Below are positions 9,901 to 19,649 of a stretch of DNA of 43,975 bases, one piece after another (the stretch's first letter is position 1; every line of letters begins with the position of its first letter). The position numbers and the translations under genes are program-made. Below the pieces are notes generated by a model that worked only from the letters and a program-made list of their open reading frames with translations, had not been told where the DNA came from and ran no database searches. The DNA comes from Candidatus Nomurabacteria bacterium. Its GTDB lineage: Bacteria > Patescibacteriota > Minisyncoccia > Phycocordibacterales > UBA9973. Where the stretch lies: NCBI GenBank assembly GCA_943357245.1, contig CALRGH010000003.1:1-43975 (forward strand), written 5' to 3'.

Positions 9901-12900
9901 GTTTACCGGTAGTAGTGCATTTTATAATTTGCAGATGACACCAGCTATCTCGACGACCTCACGTACATACACTGCAGGTACCGCGTTCAATGTTGGTAAT
10001 AATTTGACCGTCAACCCATCATCAGCATCTGTCAGATCGCTCACGCTCACACTCTCTGGTACCACGACAATCACTGGTACACTCACTGTGACAGGGACAA
10101 CTTCTGCCACTGGGACACTCGATACAGCTAGTGGTTCAAACTATGCGCTCTCATTTAATAATATTGTCATTGGCACAGGATCAACAACAACCATCCGCGG
10201 TTCTTTAGTTACTGTGACAGGAACAAGTGGCACACTTATTTCAAATAGTGGTACATGGACTGCTCCAATAACACCATCGACCGTGACCCTTTCCGGTAAT
10301 GGTGATGCGACAGTTTTAAGTGGTACGACAGCAACATTTTTTAATCTTACTTCTTCCGGTACCGGCACAAAAACGCTTGGTGTCGCTATGACGGTGAGTA
10401 ATGTCTTTACTATAAGTGGTGGTACTTTTGCAGCGAGTTCGTATGCGATTACACTTTCTGGTACAACTGGAACACCATTTGTAAATTCGGCGACATTTAG
10501 TGCAGGGACAGGAACTGTCACCTACACAGGAAATAATACAGGTGGCAATACGACTGTCTTGAGTGCAACGTATTATAATGTGACGGTTAATGCCGCAGAG
10601 ACTTTTGTACTTGGTGGTGCGATTGTTGCAAATGTTGCAGGAAAAGTATTAATTACAAATGGTACTCTCGATACTGTTTCGGGAAGCAGTTATGCTATTA
10701 CCGCAGGATTTTTAGAAGTCGCCAATCTTTCAACAGCAATATTTACACCAAATGCCTCAGTTATTACTTTAAACGGCACATCTGGTACACTTTTTACGAA
10801 AGGTGCGAACGGTGTCTATAACGTAGGAACAGCTGAATTTGTTGTGACAAGTGCATCAGGGACACCTATATTTAGTTCTCGTTCACTTTCATATCATAAA
10901 ATAACAATAAATGCTGATGCGACTATTATAAATTCTGGCGCAGCAATTACTATGTCGAGCACTGATGCTAGTAATAAATTTTATGTACAAAAAGGCGTGT
11001 TTAATGCTGCAGAATATGGAGTTACTGGTACAGCAAATGGAACATTTCAAGTAGATGCCGGTGCTGGTTTTTGTGTGATTGGGACAATTGCTTCAACAAA
11101 TGCGACATGTAATAGTGCAGCAGGAAATACGAACATCGCTGCTGTTTTTCCAGCAAACTATACAAATGCAAATATTACTTTAGCGGCGACTTCGACTATT
11201 TATTATAACAATAATCGAAACACGGTATTATCTCCAACGCCAACATATGGAAATGTGACTGTCGCACCCGTAATGACGGCTTCACGAACCGCTACATTTT
11301 CAGCAGGAGCAGTTACAATAAATGGAAATCTCACGGTAAACCCTTCTGGAGGTGGAGTCGCTTATTCAAATACGGTAACCTATGGTTCTGCTGGGCTTAC
11401 TGTTGTGGGTGCGGTCACTTTGAGTGGCACTAGTTCAGGATATTCAATTCTCGATACAGGAAGTGCTTTGAATTACCCTCTCACGGCGGGTTCCGTCAGT
11501 ATTGCTGCTAGTTCAAGTCTTCTGATTAGAAATTCTACATTTACAATCACGGGAACCTCCGGCACACTGCTTGCAAATGCGGGTACATTTACTGCAGGTG
11601 GAACATCGACAACAGTCTTTTCTGGGAATGGTTCTGCTACTATAAATTCTGGAGCACTCGATTTTAATACACTCACATTCTCCGGAACTGGTACGAAAAC
11701 GCTCGGTGCTGCGATTTCAGTTTCAAGTAGTAAGACAATGACTGTGTCTGCAGGGACATTTGATCCAAGTACGTATCTGGTGACAGGTTCCGGTACGAAT
11801 ACGCTCACCGTTTCAAATGCGACAATCGCTGTTGGGGCGTCGACATTCGCAGGAAGTTATTCTGCAGGATTCGGCACGGTGAATTTGAATGCTGGTTCAA
11901 CAGTTGATTATAATTTGGGTGGCACGCAGACAGTGGATAGTTCGAAAACATACGTGAACTTAACCATTTCAACAAGTGGTACAAAAAGTTTGAATGCAAC
12001 GACAACAGTCACCGGCACACTCACCGTAAATGGCGGAACACTTGATACGGTCAATGGATCAGGATATACCGTTACTACGGTCGGGCTTACGATTGGTGCA
12101 TCAGGTACGTTCCGTGCGCGCACTTCCGCAGTTACCGTAACAGGTAGTTGGACAAATGCAGGAACATTTACCGCGGACACTTCGACAGTGACATTCAACG
12201 GTGGCACAACCGCAACAATTTCTGGTACGACATCTTTTTACAATCTTACGATCACGCACTCTGCCGCGAAAGAAGTTAATTTTGCATCTTCCGGTGCGCC
12301 TGTGTATACAATTACGAATACATTTACGGCAACTGGGCATGCTGCTGCGCTTATCAAACTCTATTCCGATGCGACGCCAACTGCATGGCATTTTCATCCG
12401 ACAGGAACGGCCTCCGCTGATTATGTGGATGTGAAAGACAGTACGTGTGATTCTGGTTCAGTGACCGTTGATCCGCTAACGAATTTTACTAACAGTGGCA
12501 ACAACGGATCCTGTTGGGGAACTGTTGTGCCCACCATTACGTTTTCAAACTCTGATGACACGATTGGTTTTGGCCCTCTGACGTCAGGTGCGGTACGATA
12601 TGCGACAGGAGACACCTCTGGTTCTAGTTCTGATTCTGTTGCGCATAGCTTTGTCGTCACGACAAATGCAACAAACGGATACACGCTCACGTATAAAGGA
12701 CCGACACTAACATCCGGTGCAAATACGATTGCTGTCGGAACAGCGCTTGCCACAGGAGGGACTCCTGGAACTGCACAATTTGGAATTTCTGGAGCACTTA
12801 CAGGAAGTGATACTGGCGCAATGGCGACAAATTATAATCATGCGACACCAAAATGGACATATGTTGATAATACAACAACGACTCTTGCAAGTTCAACAGG

Positions 12901-13012
12901 AGCAGTGACGTCCGATACCATAAATATGCATTACCAATCAAATATTTCATCAGTGACACCGGCTGGTTCTTATCAGACAATGATTACGTATATACTTACC
13001 GGAAATTTTTAA
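6947..13012 (+). CDS. Giant surface protein/adhesin (2021 aa): TM anchor, acidic linkers, Ig-like region, T/G/S-rich beta-helix-like repeats, C-terminal WxL/pilin-like domain
   Basis: TM helix near residues 68-85; recurring GTFxAGTxTVTFxG / FYNLT repeats; ends TPAGSYQTMITYILTGNF. Confidence 0.8.
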   Translation: MSSLVQRLTMRTKRLFGLSKKKHHHINTGASLSMHEEKKISLFPRMSHHGFVHIPRQHHRHVKNKYKLPLSIMVGGVLLLVIVFGYKIRADVTKVNFYASTCAGGWEHPEYASGVAQVFEGGQTFSKENSAFLANSTGEITCADFKGDIPLDATPQKIVVKMSWLLTDDALPDKEPFNTIPEVEGGETHEISDTDTEATPSSEVPPSESSSDEVLQDTTEQKESPQETLPGPDASETPVEEQNPTPPDGAVQTFLWNSFKPQVVYAEDTPVESVVQEEVVSDIPLEVTEEIVPSDTAEQGDIVPVPGGEESVSEVAVADDFLEVSYSLDELTWKKIGTVGGAHWEDATFQIDDPAIIQSGDISNIKIKIATLATIDTPPVVYLDSAYIEVEYEIAPPVIAPTIALTDASSMIFGVTDFSAQDAPTFTVRDPALSAIEIAGLIEKGDAKVIEDTEGVFAELLNKPDAPMFIPAIPDVLEEMLPKAPLPADSSGETIPLEEDILIPDEIPIVPIAPDDAAPAPESKSSDIISLLHQTITKKIPTIATTEIVVPDAPRPRYTTITHKKTPSFFVTKKAFAEDVIVPPTQAVVLDADGELTDIVATVSTNITDGVPQQEVSIERPSRSFRPGTYILRVSMTTPDAIIVSEQDFTWGVLAINTDKSLYKPGDTAYLQMGVLTDQGHTVCDADLTLAITTPSGAVTQLDTRDGSIVREEMCGPDNVINVPDYYGYYRVGGVGTYTMTLTATTGNGTKTIQDSFVVSAAFPFIVSRTGPTRIYPVVAYAMSINVSSDDAWSGTVTERVPASFEIISSDVGLPYDNIEREGDTKIISWNVSLLAGQEVTLGYYFNAPDISPEFYLLGKIKLTDTNSAISFEEFRNWQIASDAACSSQSGGGNWSDTSKWSCGHEPTTADAVTIVSGSDMTVNVGTQAVTSVTINNGATLYGGSNTLTIGTTSGTAFTNNGTFNAGTGTVTFSGAAAITLLSGTFTGSSAFYNLQMTPAISTTSRTYTAGTAFNVGNNLTVNPSSASVRSLTLTLSGTTTITGTLTVTGTTSATGTLDTASGSNYALSFNNIVIGTGSTTTIRGSLVTVTGTSGTLISNSGTWTAPITPSTVTLSGNGDATVLSGTTATFFNLTSSGTGTKTLGVAMTVSNVFTISGGTFAASSYAITLSGTTGTPFVNSATFSAGTGTVTYTGNNTGGNTTVLSATYYNVTVNAAETFVLGGAIVANVAGKVLITNGTLDTVSGSSYAITAGFLEVANLSTAIFTPNASVITLNGTSGTLFTKGANGVYNVGTAEFVVTSASGTPIFSSRSLSYHKITINADATIINSGAAITMSSTDASNKFYVQKGVFNAAEYGVTGTANGTFQVDAGAGFCVIGTIASTNATCNSAAGNTNIAAVFPANYTNANITLAATSTIYYNNNRNTVLSPTPTYGNVTVAPVMTASRTATFSAGAVTINGNLTVNPSGGGVAYSNTVTYGSAGLTVVGAVTLSGTSSGYSILDTGSALNYPLTAGSVSIAASSSLLIRNSTFTITGTSGTLLANAGTFTAGGTSTTVFSGNGSATINSGALDFNTLTFSGTGTKTLGAAISVSSSKTMTVSAGTFDPSTYLVTGSGTNTLTVSNATIAVGASTFAGSYSAGFGTVNLNAGSTVDYNLGGTQTVDSSKTYVNLTISTSGTKSLNATTTVTGTLTVNGGTLDTVNGSGYTVTTVGLTIGASGTFRARTSAVTVTGSWTNAGTFTADTSTVTFNGGTTATISGTTSFYNLTITHSAAKEVNFASSGAPVYTITNTFTATGHAAALIKLYSDATPTAWHFHPTGTASADYVDVKDSTCDSGSVTVDPLTNFTNSGNNGSCWGTVVPTITFSNSDDTIGFGPLTSGAVRYATGDTSGSSSDSVAHSFVVTTNATNGYTLTYKGPTLTSGANTIAVGTALATGGTPGTAQFGISGALTGSDTGAMATNYNHATPKWTYVDNTTTTLASSTGAVTSDTINMHYQSNISSVTPAGSYQTMITYILTGNF

Positions 13013-13085
13013 TTTCTGTGTATAACTTTTCAATGTTTTTAAATAAAATACTATATAATTAAACCAATACCAGATAGCATATTTT

Positions 13086-14180
13086 ATGAAATTTATTTTA
13101 GTAACAAAAAACAAAATTATCTCATCGATTCTTATTATCGGGGTCATCTTTCTTACCTCAGGTATTTTTCCGAATATTGTTTTTGCCGCAGCGCTCACGA
13201 GCGTTAAAGATACGATGAGTACGCAAGCAAAAAATACTGCTGCTGACCATACCCTTACGTGGACACTGGCTTCTGGAAGTACAACAGCATTAAATGCAAC
13301 TATTACGGTTGATTTTGTGCAAGCAGATATTGTCGCTTCGGGTACATGGCAGACTACTGATTTTGCATTTACAGATAACGTGCGAAGTGCAGCAGCTCCT
13401 GCTTCTGTTGGCACAGGTGCCGCATCTTGTTCCGGATCTTCGGCAGACAATTATATTGTGAACATTACCGCAGCAACCAGCACCTTTGTCATTACAACAT
13501 GTACAGGGTGGACAACGTCTGCTGCAACGACAGCAACCACTTTTGTTATTAAAGGAGCAACAGGGGGCACAGGTGCGCTTACTAACGCAAACGCTGATAC
13601 GAACTCCTCACTTGTTTCTATTACAAACGGCGTGAACGATACAGATAGCGGTAGTGCAGCTATTGTTATTGAAACTAATGCAGTTGTGACCGTGTCAGCA
13701 ACCGTGAATCCAACACTTACACTCGCTATTGATTCTGCTTCAGTATCGCTCGGTACGCTCTCTACTAGTGCCGCGGGTACGGGAACGAACCAAATCGATA
13801 TTGCCACCAATGCTGGTGGTGGATTTCTCTTAACATATAATGGTGCGACACTCACTTCAGGTGCCAATACCATTGCGGTGTATTCTAGTGCAGCATCAAG
13901 TCCGGGTACTGCTGGTTTTGGGGTAAATCTAAAAGATAATGCAACACCAAACATTGGGTCTGATGCGACAACTAACTCCGGTGCAACCTGTACACCAGCA
14001 GCGAACTATAACACCGCGGACGCTTATAAATTTGTAGCAAGTACGACGACAAATTTGACGAGCATGAGTGCTGCTGCTGATTGCCGATTTATCGTGTCCT
14101 ATGTTGCGAACATTGCGTCAACCACACCAGCAGGTTCATATTCGACCGCAATTACCTATATCGCTTCAGGCACGTTTTAA
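13086..14180 (+). CDS. Secreted T/A/S-rich protein with C-terminal WxL/pilin-like domain
   Basis: Signal peptide ending VFA; C-terminal domain aligns with that of the giant protein and ends TPAGSYSTAITYIASGTF. Confidence 0.75.
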   Translation: MKFILVTKNKIISSILIIGVIFLTSGIFPNIVFAAALTSVKDTMSTQAKNTAADHTLTWTLASGSTTALNATITVDFVQADIVASGTWQTTDFAFTDNVRSAAAPASVGTGAASCSGSSADNYIVNITAATSTFVITTCTGWTTSAATTATTFVIKGATGGTGALTNANADTNSSLVSITNGVNDTDSGSAAIVIETNAVVTVSATVNPTLTLAIDSASVSLGTLSTSAAGTGTNQIDIATNAGGGFLLTYNGATLTSGANTIAVYSSAASSPGTAGFGVNLKDNATPNIGSDATTNSGATCTPAANYNTADAYKFVASTTTNLTSMSAAADCRFIVSYVANIASTTPAGSYSTAITYIASGTF

Positions 14181-14183
14181 CTT

Positions 14184-15212
14184 ATGAAAAAAGTTTTCAG
14201 TACAGCAACACTTTTTCTTATAGTGGCATTCGTTGCTGTCTTGTTACCAATACATCGTACTCATGCGCTCACCATTACGCCTATTCGACTTGAGATTAAT
14301 GGTAATCCCGGTCAGGTGCTCTCACAGCAGATGACGCTTATTAACGAGCAGAATGTGCCCGCGACTTATTATGTGTCGTATGCAAATTTTGAAACACGTG
14401 GAGAGACAGGAAGTCCGTCATTTGTTGATGCTACAGACGATCTCGGTACATGGATGAGTGCTCCTTCCTCTGTTACCGTTCCTGCAAAGACATCAATTAT
14501 CGTGCCGATACAGATTACGATTCCGCGCGATGCAAATCCAGGTGGTCATTTCGCTTCTATTTTTTGGGGGACTGTTGCACCAGATGCTGCATCAGGTCAA
14601 GTGGCTATCGGTACAAAGATGGGTCTACTTGTACTGCTTCGGGTAAACGGTGAAATTAATGAAGAGGGAGGTATTTTGGAATTCTCAACAAAAGACGCAC
14701 GCACATTTTTTACCGCGCTTCCAATTTCGTTTCAATATCGGTTTCAGAACGCTGGTGATGATCGTATCAAACCGACAGGTGATGTGATAATCAAGAATAC
14801 GTTCGGCATGGTGGCAAAAAAAATTTCAGGTAATCCAGTAGAAGGAAATATCTTACCGAGAAGTATTCGAAAATTCGAAACTGTGTGGGAAGGGAAAGAC
14901 GGGGCAACACCAAAAGAAGATATACGCCAGGGAAATTTTTTTACCAAAGCGCAATATGAGTGGCGTAATTTTGCATTTGGACGGTATCGCGCAACAATGG
15001 CACTTTCTTATGGAACAAAAAATGAAGTAGCAACTAGTACATTCGCGTTTTGGGTTTTTCCGTGGCATCTTTCTCTTGTGTCGCTCATCACGGCACTCGT
15101 GCTCTTTTTTATAAGTCGCATGATGATCCGACGATACAATCGATGGGTTATCAAACAAGCGCGAACCATGATGAAGCGTGAATCAGAAAACGCTCATGAA
15201 AAAGAAAAATAA
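14184..15212 (+). CDS. DUF916/DUF3324-like (WxL-interacting, chaperone-like) membrane-anchored protein
   Basis: Signal peptide, LTITPIRLE..PG, IPRDANPGGHFASI, LLRVNGE, FQNAGD..KPTG, C-terminal FWVFPW plus TM helix. Confidence 0.75.
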   Translation: MKKVFSTATLFLIVAFVAVLLPIHRTHALTITPIRLEINGNPGQVLSQQMTLINEQNVPATYYVSYANFETRGETGSPSFVDATDDLGTWMSAPSSVTVPAKTSIIVPIQITIPRDANPGGHFASIFWGTVAPDAASGQVAIGTKMGLLVLLRVNGEINEEGGILEFSTKDARTFFTALPISFQYRFQNAGDDRIKPTGDVIIKNTFGMVAKKISGNPVEGNILPRSIRKFETVWEGKDGATPKEDIRQGNFFTKAQYEWRNFAFGRYRATMALSYGTKNEVATSTFAFWVFPWHLSLVSLITALVLFFISRMMIRRYNRWVIKQARTMMKRESENAHEKEK

Positions 15213-16107
15213 CAATACGCGTACGTTGTTTTTACAGATGTGCTTGTTGTGCGCTTGCGCACTCCTTGTGTATCCTCTTACTTCATTTGGGGACGTGTCT
15301 GTTACTGTTTCTGCTACCGTGCCGGGAGTCGTTGGTGGAGGAGGTGGAGGAGGTGGGGGTGGGGGTGGCGATACATCTCCTACCTCGGTTATTTTTTCTG
15401 GGCGAGCATATCCGCTTTCGCGGGTTATTGTTTTGAAAGATGGACAAGAAATTATTAATACGATAGCTGGCCCTGATGCAAAATTTTCTGTTTCTGTTTC
15501 AGGACTTTCAAGTGGCACGTACACATTTTCTATTTTGAGTGAAGATGGACAAGGGCGTCGTTCAACACTGTTCACTATTCCCATCTTAATTACTGCAAGT
15601 GTAACGACGACTGTCTCTGGTATTTTCTTGGCACCGACCATCGCAATCAATAAACAACAAGTAAAACGCGGTGAGACGCTTACTATTTTTGGTAAAACAA
15701 CTCCAAATGCTTCGGTGTCTATTGAAGTGCATTCAAGTCATGAAATTTTTGCCTCAGTACCCTCAGATGCAAGTGGTGCCTATTTGTACAATTTAAATAC
15801 GATGCCACTAGAATATGGTAGTCATAGTACAAAATCAAAAGCGACACTGCCAACAACCCTAACAAACGAAACAAGTTCATACAGTAATGCGCTCGCCTTC
15901 TCCGTAGGAAATACGACGATTGAAAAAAACGTGCTTTGTCCAGGAAAAGGAGATATCAATAATGATTGTCGAGTCAACCTTCTTGATTTTTCTATTATGG
16001 CGTTCTGGTATCGTCGTCCAGCACCACCACAAAACGTGGATTTAAATACTGACCGTTCAGTGAGCATTGTTGATTTTAGTATTCTTGCGTTTTACTGGAC
16101 GGGGTAG
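15178..16107 (+). CDS. Secreted Ig-like protein with C-terminal dockerin type I domain
   Basis: Poly-Gly linker; duplicated Ca-loop/helix GDINNDCRVNLLDFSIM and VDLNTDRSVSIVDFSIL; start may be 15196. Confidence 0.8.
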   Translation: MNQKTLMKKKNNNTRTLFLQMCLLCACALLVYPLTSFGDVSVTVSATVPGVVGGGGGGGGGGGGDTSPTSVIFSGRAYPLSRVIVLKDGQEIINTIAGPDAKFSVSVSGLSSGTYTFSILSEDGQGRRSTLFTIPILITASVTTTVSGIFLAPTIAINKQQVKRGETLTIFGKTTPNASVSIEVHSSHEIFASVPSDASGAYLYNLNTMPLEYGSHSTKSKATLPTTLTNETSSYSNALAFSVGNTTIEKNVLCPGKGDINNDCRVNLLDFSIMAFWYRRPAPPQNVDLNTDRSVSIVDFSILAFYWTG

Positions 16108-16187
16108 TGAAAGTTGGCAAGGCTCCGACATGAGTCGGAGCGCGCTTCGCGCATTGCCAACTTCTACTACCCCGGGACCCGGGTAGT
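16101..16187. repeat. GC-rich multi-branch palindromic element inside the surface operon
   Basis: GGGGTAGTGAAAGTTGGCAA pairs imperfectly with TTGCCAACTTCTACTACCCC; inner hairpin GCTCCGAC/GTCGGAGC. Confidence 0.6.
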
Positions 16188-16222
16188 TTGGTTAGATACC
16201 AATTTATGAAAAAAGATACACT

Positions 16223-17125
16223 ATGAAAAAATTAATTACAATCACCTGTTGCATTATAGTAAGTACATTCCTTTTCTTTGGAGTGACGTTATCAGTACAT
16301 GCTTCAGAAATTCTTTTTCAAACACCCACACAAACGCTTGGTGTCGGTGATGAATTTGCGGTAACTGTTGTGCTTACGCGTCCAGATGCACAAGTAAATG
16401 CTATTACGGGCGATATTACCTTTGATGATACGACGCTCTCTGTTGTTCGAGTGCTTTCTGCAAATTCCATTGTTACGGGATGGGTAGAGGCACCGCATGT
16501 GTCAGGCAATGCAGTTGTTTTTTCTGGGATTATGCCGGGTGGGTATACATCAGTGATTGACGCGACAACAGGGAAAGATTTACCAGGTACTATTGTCACG
16601 ATTATATTTCGTGTAGAGCAAGCAGGTGTCGGGACACTCCAATTTACTGATGTGCACCTCTACGGTAATGATGGACTAGGTACTGAAATTCCAGCACAAT
16701 CGACAGCACTCAGGATTGCATTTAGTACTGAAGGATCCGGACGCACTGTTGCAAGTAATGACACGATTACACCCGAAACGTTTACTCCAACCATTATGCG
16801 TGATCCAAATCTTTACGCGAACAAGTTTGTTGTTGTCTTCGCTACTACCGACAAACAAACGGGGATTGATTTTTATGAAGTGAAAGAAGGTGATCTCGAA
16901 TGGACACGTGCAGTGAGTCCGTATTTGCTTGTTGATCAAAAAATAAAAGGAATAGTAAAAGTAAAAGCAGTTGATCTTGCAGGAAATTATTACATCAGCA
17001 CAGCAGAAACGCCATCTACATCTTCAAAATCAGTATTTCTTATTCCACTGTTCGCGTTGTTTGTTGTTTGTGTACTGGTATATCGCGCTGTTGTGCGATA
17101 TCATAAAGAGAACAGCACATCATGA
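16223..17125 (+). CDS. Cohesin-domain protein with C-terminal membrane anchor
   Basis: Signal peptide, VGDEFAVTV..VNAITGDITFD..L.V cohesin-like pattern, NDGLGT, C-terminal TM helix. Confidence 0.72.
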   Translation: MKKLITITCCIIVSTFLFFGVTLSVHASEILFQTPTQTLGVGDEFAVTVVLTRPDAQVNAITGDITFDDTTLSVVRVLSANSIVTGWVEAPHVSGNAVVFSGIMPGGYTSVIDATTGKDLPGTIVTIIFRVEQAGVGTLQFTDVHLYGNDGLGTEIPAQSTALRIAFSTEGSGRTVASNDTITPETFTPTIMRDPNLYANKFVVVFATTDKQTGIDFYEVKEGDLEWTRAVSPYLLVDQKIKGIVKVKAVDLAGNYYISTAETPSTSSKSVFLIPLFALFVVCVLVYRAVVRYHKENSTS

Positions 17126-18018
17126 AAGCAAAAATAAGTATTATTGCACTTTTTCTATTCCTCTCACTCATCGCACTGCATGCACATGCGGCAAATTTGA
17201 ATTTCTCGCCTGCATCTGGTACCTATACCGAAGGGAGTACGTTTTCTGTTTCAGTTTCCGTCGTCAGTCCAACACAATCTATCAATGCTGTTTCTGGAAC
17301 GATTACTTTTCCCAATGATAAATTGCAAGTTGTTTCGATTTCAAAATCAAATTCGATTGTCAGTTTTTGGTCACCAGGATTTCCTTCATTCTCAAATAGT
17401 GCGGGGAGTGTTTCGTTTGAAGGCGTGATATTTAATCCTGGATATGTAGGTGCAAATGGAAAAATTATCACCATTACCTTCAAAACCAAAGCATCTGCTG
17501 GTAGTGCAAGCGTGGTATTCGGACGTGGTTCAGTTTTAGCAAACGATGGTCAAGGAACGGAAGTCATCTCGTCACTTGGAAGTGCTGTGTTCTCGTTGAC
17601 AGCTCGTCCTGTTGCAGAACCGAAGGTGATAGAAGAGTCAACGACACCAGAAGAAATTCAATTGCCAATTGAAGAAGTTATTACTGTGTCGCCTGTACTA
17701 CCTGTAGTATCCTCTCCTGTTATCGTACAAGCACCTCTGCCGTGGTATAGCAGTCCTATTGCCATGGCTGTATTTGGTGCTAGTATGTTGCTTTTGCTTC
17801 TCTTGGTAATACATTTCGGTCGCAAATATCATGTATTACGTCGCACTATCGGCGAAGCATTTCTTGAAGAAGAACAGCAAAAAAACAAAGTGTTAAAATT
17901 CTTAAAATCCGATGTCATCAAGCGCATGGCGATAATCAAGAAGTTGAAATATGACAAAAAACTTACGCCGGAAGAACAAGATATTATTCTAGATATTGAG
18001 AAGAAATACGAGATATAA
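17122..18018 (+). CDS. Cohesin-domain protein with C-terminal membrane anchor
   Basis: Signal peptide, GSTFSVSV..SINAVSGTITFP.DKLQV..GKIITITFK, LANDGQGT, TM helix and cytoplasmic tail. Confidence 0.75.
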   Translation: MKAKISIIALFLFLSLIALHAHAANLNFSPASGTYTEGSTFSVSVSVVSPTQSINAVSGTITFPNDKLQVVSISKSNSIVSFWSPGFPSFSNSAGSVSFEGVIFNPGYVGANGKIITITFKTKASAGSASVVFGRGSVLANDGQGTEVISSLGSAVFSLTARPVAEPKVIEESTTPEEIQLPIEEVITVSPVLPVVSSPVIVQAPLPWYSSPIAMAVFGASMLLLLLLVIHFGRKYHVLRRTIGEAFLEEEQQKNKVLKFLKSDVIKRMAIIKKLKYDKKLTPEEQDIILDIEKKYEI

Positions 18019-18072
18019 TACATCTCACCGTTTTTTACAAAAATGTGATGGGGGAGTATACTTTAATTAGAA

Positions 18073-18936
18073 CTATTTTTTATTTTCTCGAAGTTCGTTA
18101 GTGTTCTCGTTCTTTTTCCTCGTAAGATATTTTGATTGTGCCTCAGGAATAAAACGCACCATAATACCTTGTGCCTCTAAATCTTCTTTTTTGAAAAAAC
18201 CATGTTCAATAGAAAAATGTTTTTCTGAAAGAATAATTCCTTCGGCAAATTTTTCTGTTTTAAGTTGGTTGAATAATTGTACTCCCATTTCTGCTACCAG
18301 TTTTTCATCAATTGCCCACGTGTCACCAAAGTCAGGATGGTCGGCTATTTTTTGTGCAGAATCACCAAATGGTCCTGGATAGAGGAGTGCAATGTGTACA
18401 TGCTCTGCTGTCTCATGCAGTGTTCGTAAATATGCATCAACTTCTGCTTTTGTTTTGCCGTATTCGTTACTTGAAGGAAATGCCTCACCACGCTTTTCTG
18501 CGAGAGAAGCCGTAGAGCTTACAAAGACAATTCGAAGGGGGTGGTCTTGTTTTTGTTCGAGTGTTTGTTCAACGAGTGAAGTGTTTCCTCGGACATTAAG
18601 ATCGTGGAGTGCTTTTTTTGAAGTATCATCGGTTAAGTTTTCATCAAATAAAAAATTACCAGCATTTAAGATAAGCCCATCAATAGGTGCGTTAAAAAAA
18701 TCTGTTGCTTCGCCGAGCAATCGTTTAATGTCTTCCTCTTTACTTGCATCGCCTGCGCTGATATGAAGGCGTCCTTGCCACTGCGGCTGTTCAGTAATCA
18801 TTTGCTGCTCCATATCACCAGGTGTGCGAGAAAAACCAAAGACTTGTGCTGTTGGATTTTTTGTGAGAAATGTTTCAAGGAAAGCCTTACCAAGTCCACG
18901 TGAAGCTCCTGAAATAAAAATATGTTCTGTGTGCAT
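18073..18936 (-). CDS. SDR family oxidoreductase
   Basis: SGASRGLG, ILNAG, VSS and YGKTK catalytic motif. Confidence 0.85.
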   Translation of the reverse strand: MHTEHIFISGASRGLGKAFLETFLTKNPTAQVFGFSRTPGDMEQQMITEQPQWQGRLHISAGDASKEEDIKRLLGEATDFFNAPIDGLILNAGNFLFDENLTDDTSKKALHDLNVRGNTSLVEQTLEQKQDHPLRIVFVSSTASLAEKRGEAFPSSNEYGKTKAEVDAYLRTLHETAEHVHIALLYPGPFGDSAQKIADHPDFGDTWAIDEKLVAEMGVQLFNQLKTEKFAEGIILSEKHFSIEHGFFKKEDLEAQGIMVRFIPEAQSKYLTRKKNENTNELRENKK

Positions 18937-18997
18937 GAGTACAGTCTACCGTTTTTGTCACACAACAGAAAGAGCTACAAAATGATATACTTTATAT

Positions 18998-19591
18998 ATG
19001 TCATTTCTTGATCCAACAACTATTCTCACTGCAACTGGTTACGTCGGTCTCTTTTTAGCAGTATTTGCAGAGACAGGACTTTTAATTGGGGTGATGCTCC
19101 CAGGAGATAGTTTATTATTCGTTGCTGGATTTTTGGCGTTCACAAGTAATTTACATATTGTGTGGGTGATCGTCATCGCTTTTACCGCTTCCGTGATTGG
19201 CGATAGTACGGGGTACATGATTGGTAGAAAATATGGTCCTGCGGTTTTTGCTCGAGAAGAATCTTTCTTTTTTAAAAAATCATATGTAGAGCGCGCACGA
19301 CTTTTTTATGAAAAACACGGCGCAAAAACCATTGTCCTTGCGCGATTTATGCCAATCATTCGCACATTCGCGCCATTATTTGCCGGTATCGGAGGAATGA
19401 AGTACTCGCTTTTCTTTTTTTACAATGTTGTTGGTGGTGCATTGTGGACACTCTCGATGTGTCTCTTTGGTTATTTTTTAGGAAAAACAGTACCAAATGC
19501 AGACGCGTATGTATTACCCATCGTGATTGGACTCATTATTGTCTCGATGCTTCCAGGAGTTATCAAGCTTATCATGAGTAGAAATAAATAA
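18998..19591 (+). CDS. dedA: DedA/VTT family membrane protein
   Basis: FAETGLL..LPGDSLL..GDSTGY.IGRKYG..ARFMPIIRTFAP..AG. Confidence 0.92.
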   Translation: MSFLDPTTILTATGYVGLFLAVFAETGLLIGVMLPGDSLLFVAGFLAFTSNLHIVWVIVIAFTASVIGDSTGYMIGRKYGPAVFAREESFFFKKSYVERARLFYEKHGAKTIVLARFMPIIRTFAPLFAGIGGMKYSLFFFYNVVGGALWTLSMCLFGYFLGKTVPNADAYVLPIVIGLIIVSMLPGVIKLIMSRNK

Positions 19592-19649
19592 ACATCGATT
19601 TTTATTACTTGCTAGTACAATAAAGATGGTATACTTATCTTAATACATT

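Noticed and set aside
9600-12530. Diversity-generating retroelement target in the adhesin repeats
   Set aside because: No reverse transcriptase, and no near-identical template/variable repeat pair differing at adenines was seen
7239-18023. Many antisense and alternate-frame ORFs in the surface operon
   Set aside because: Explained by the low stop-codon frequency opposite T/G/S/A-rich coding sequence
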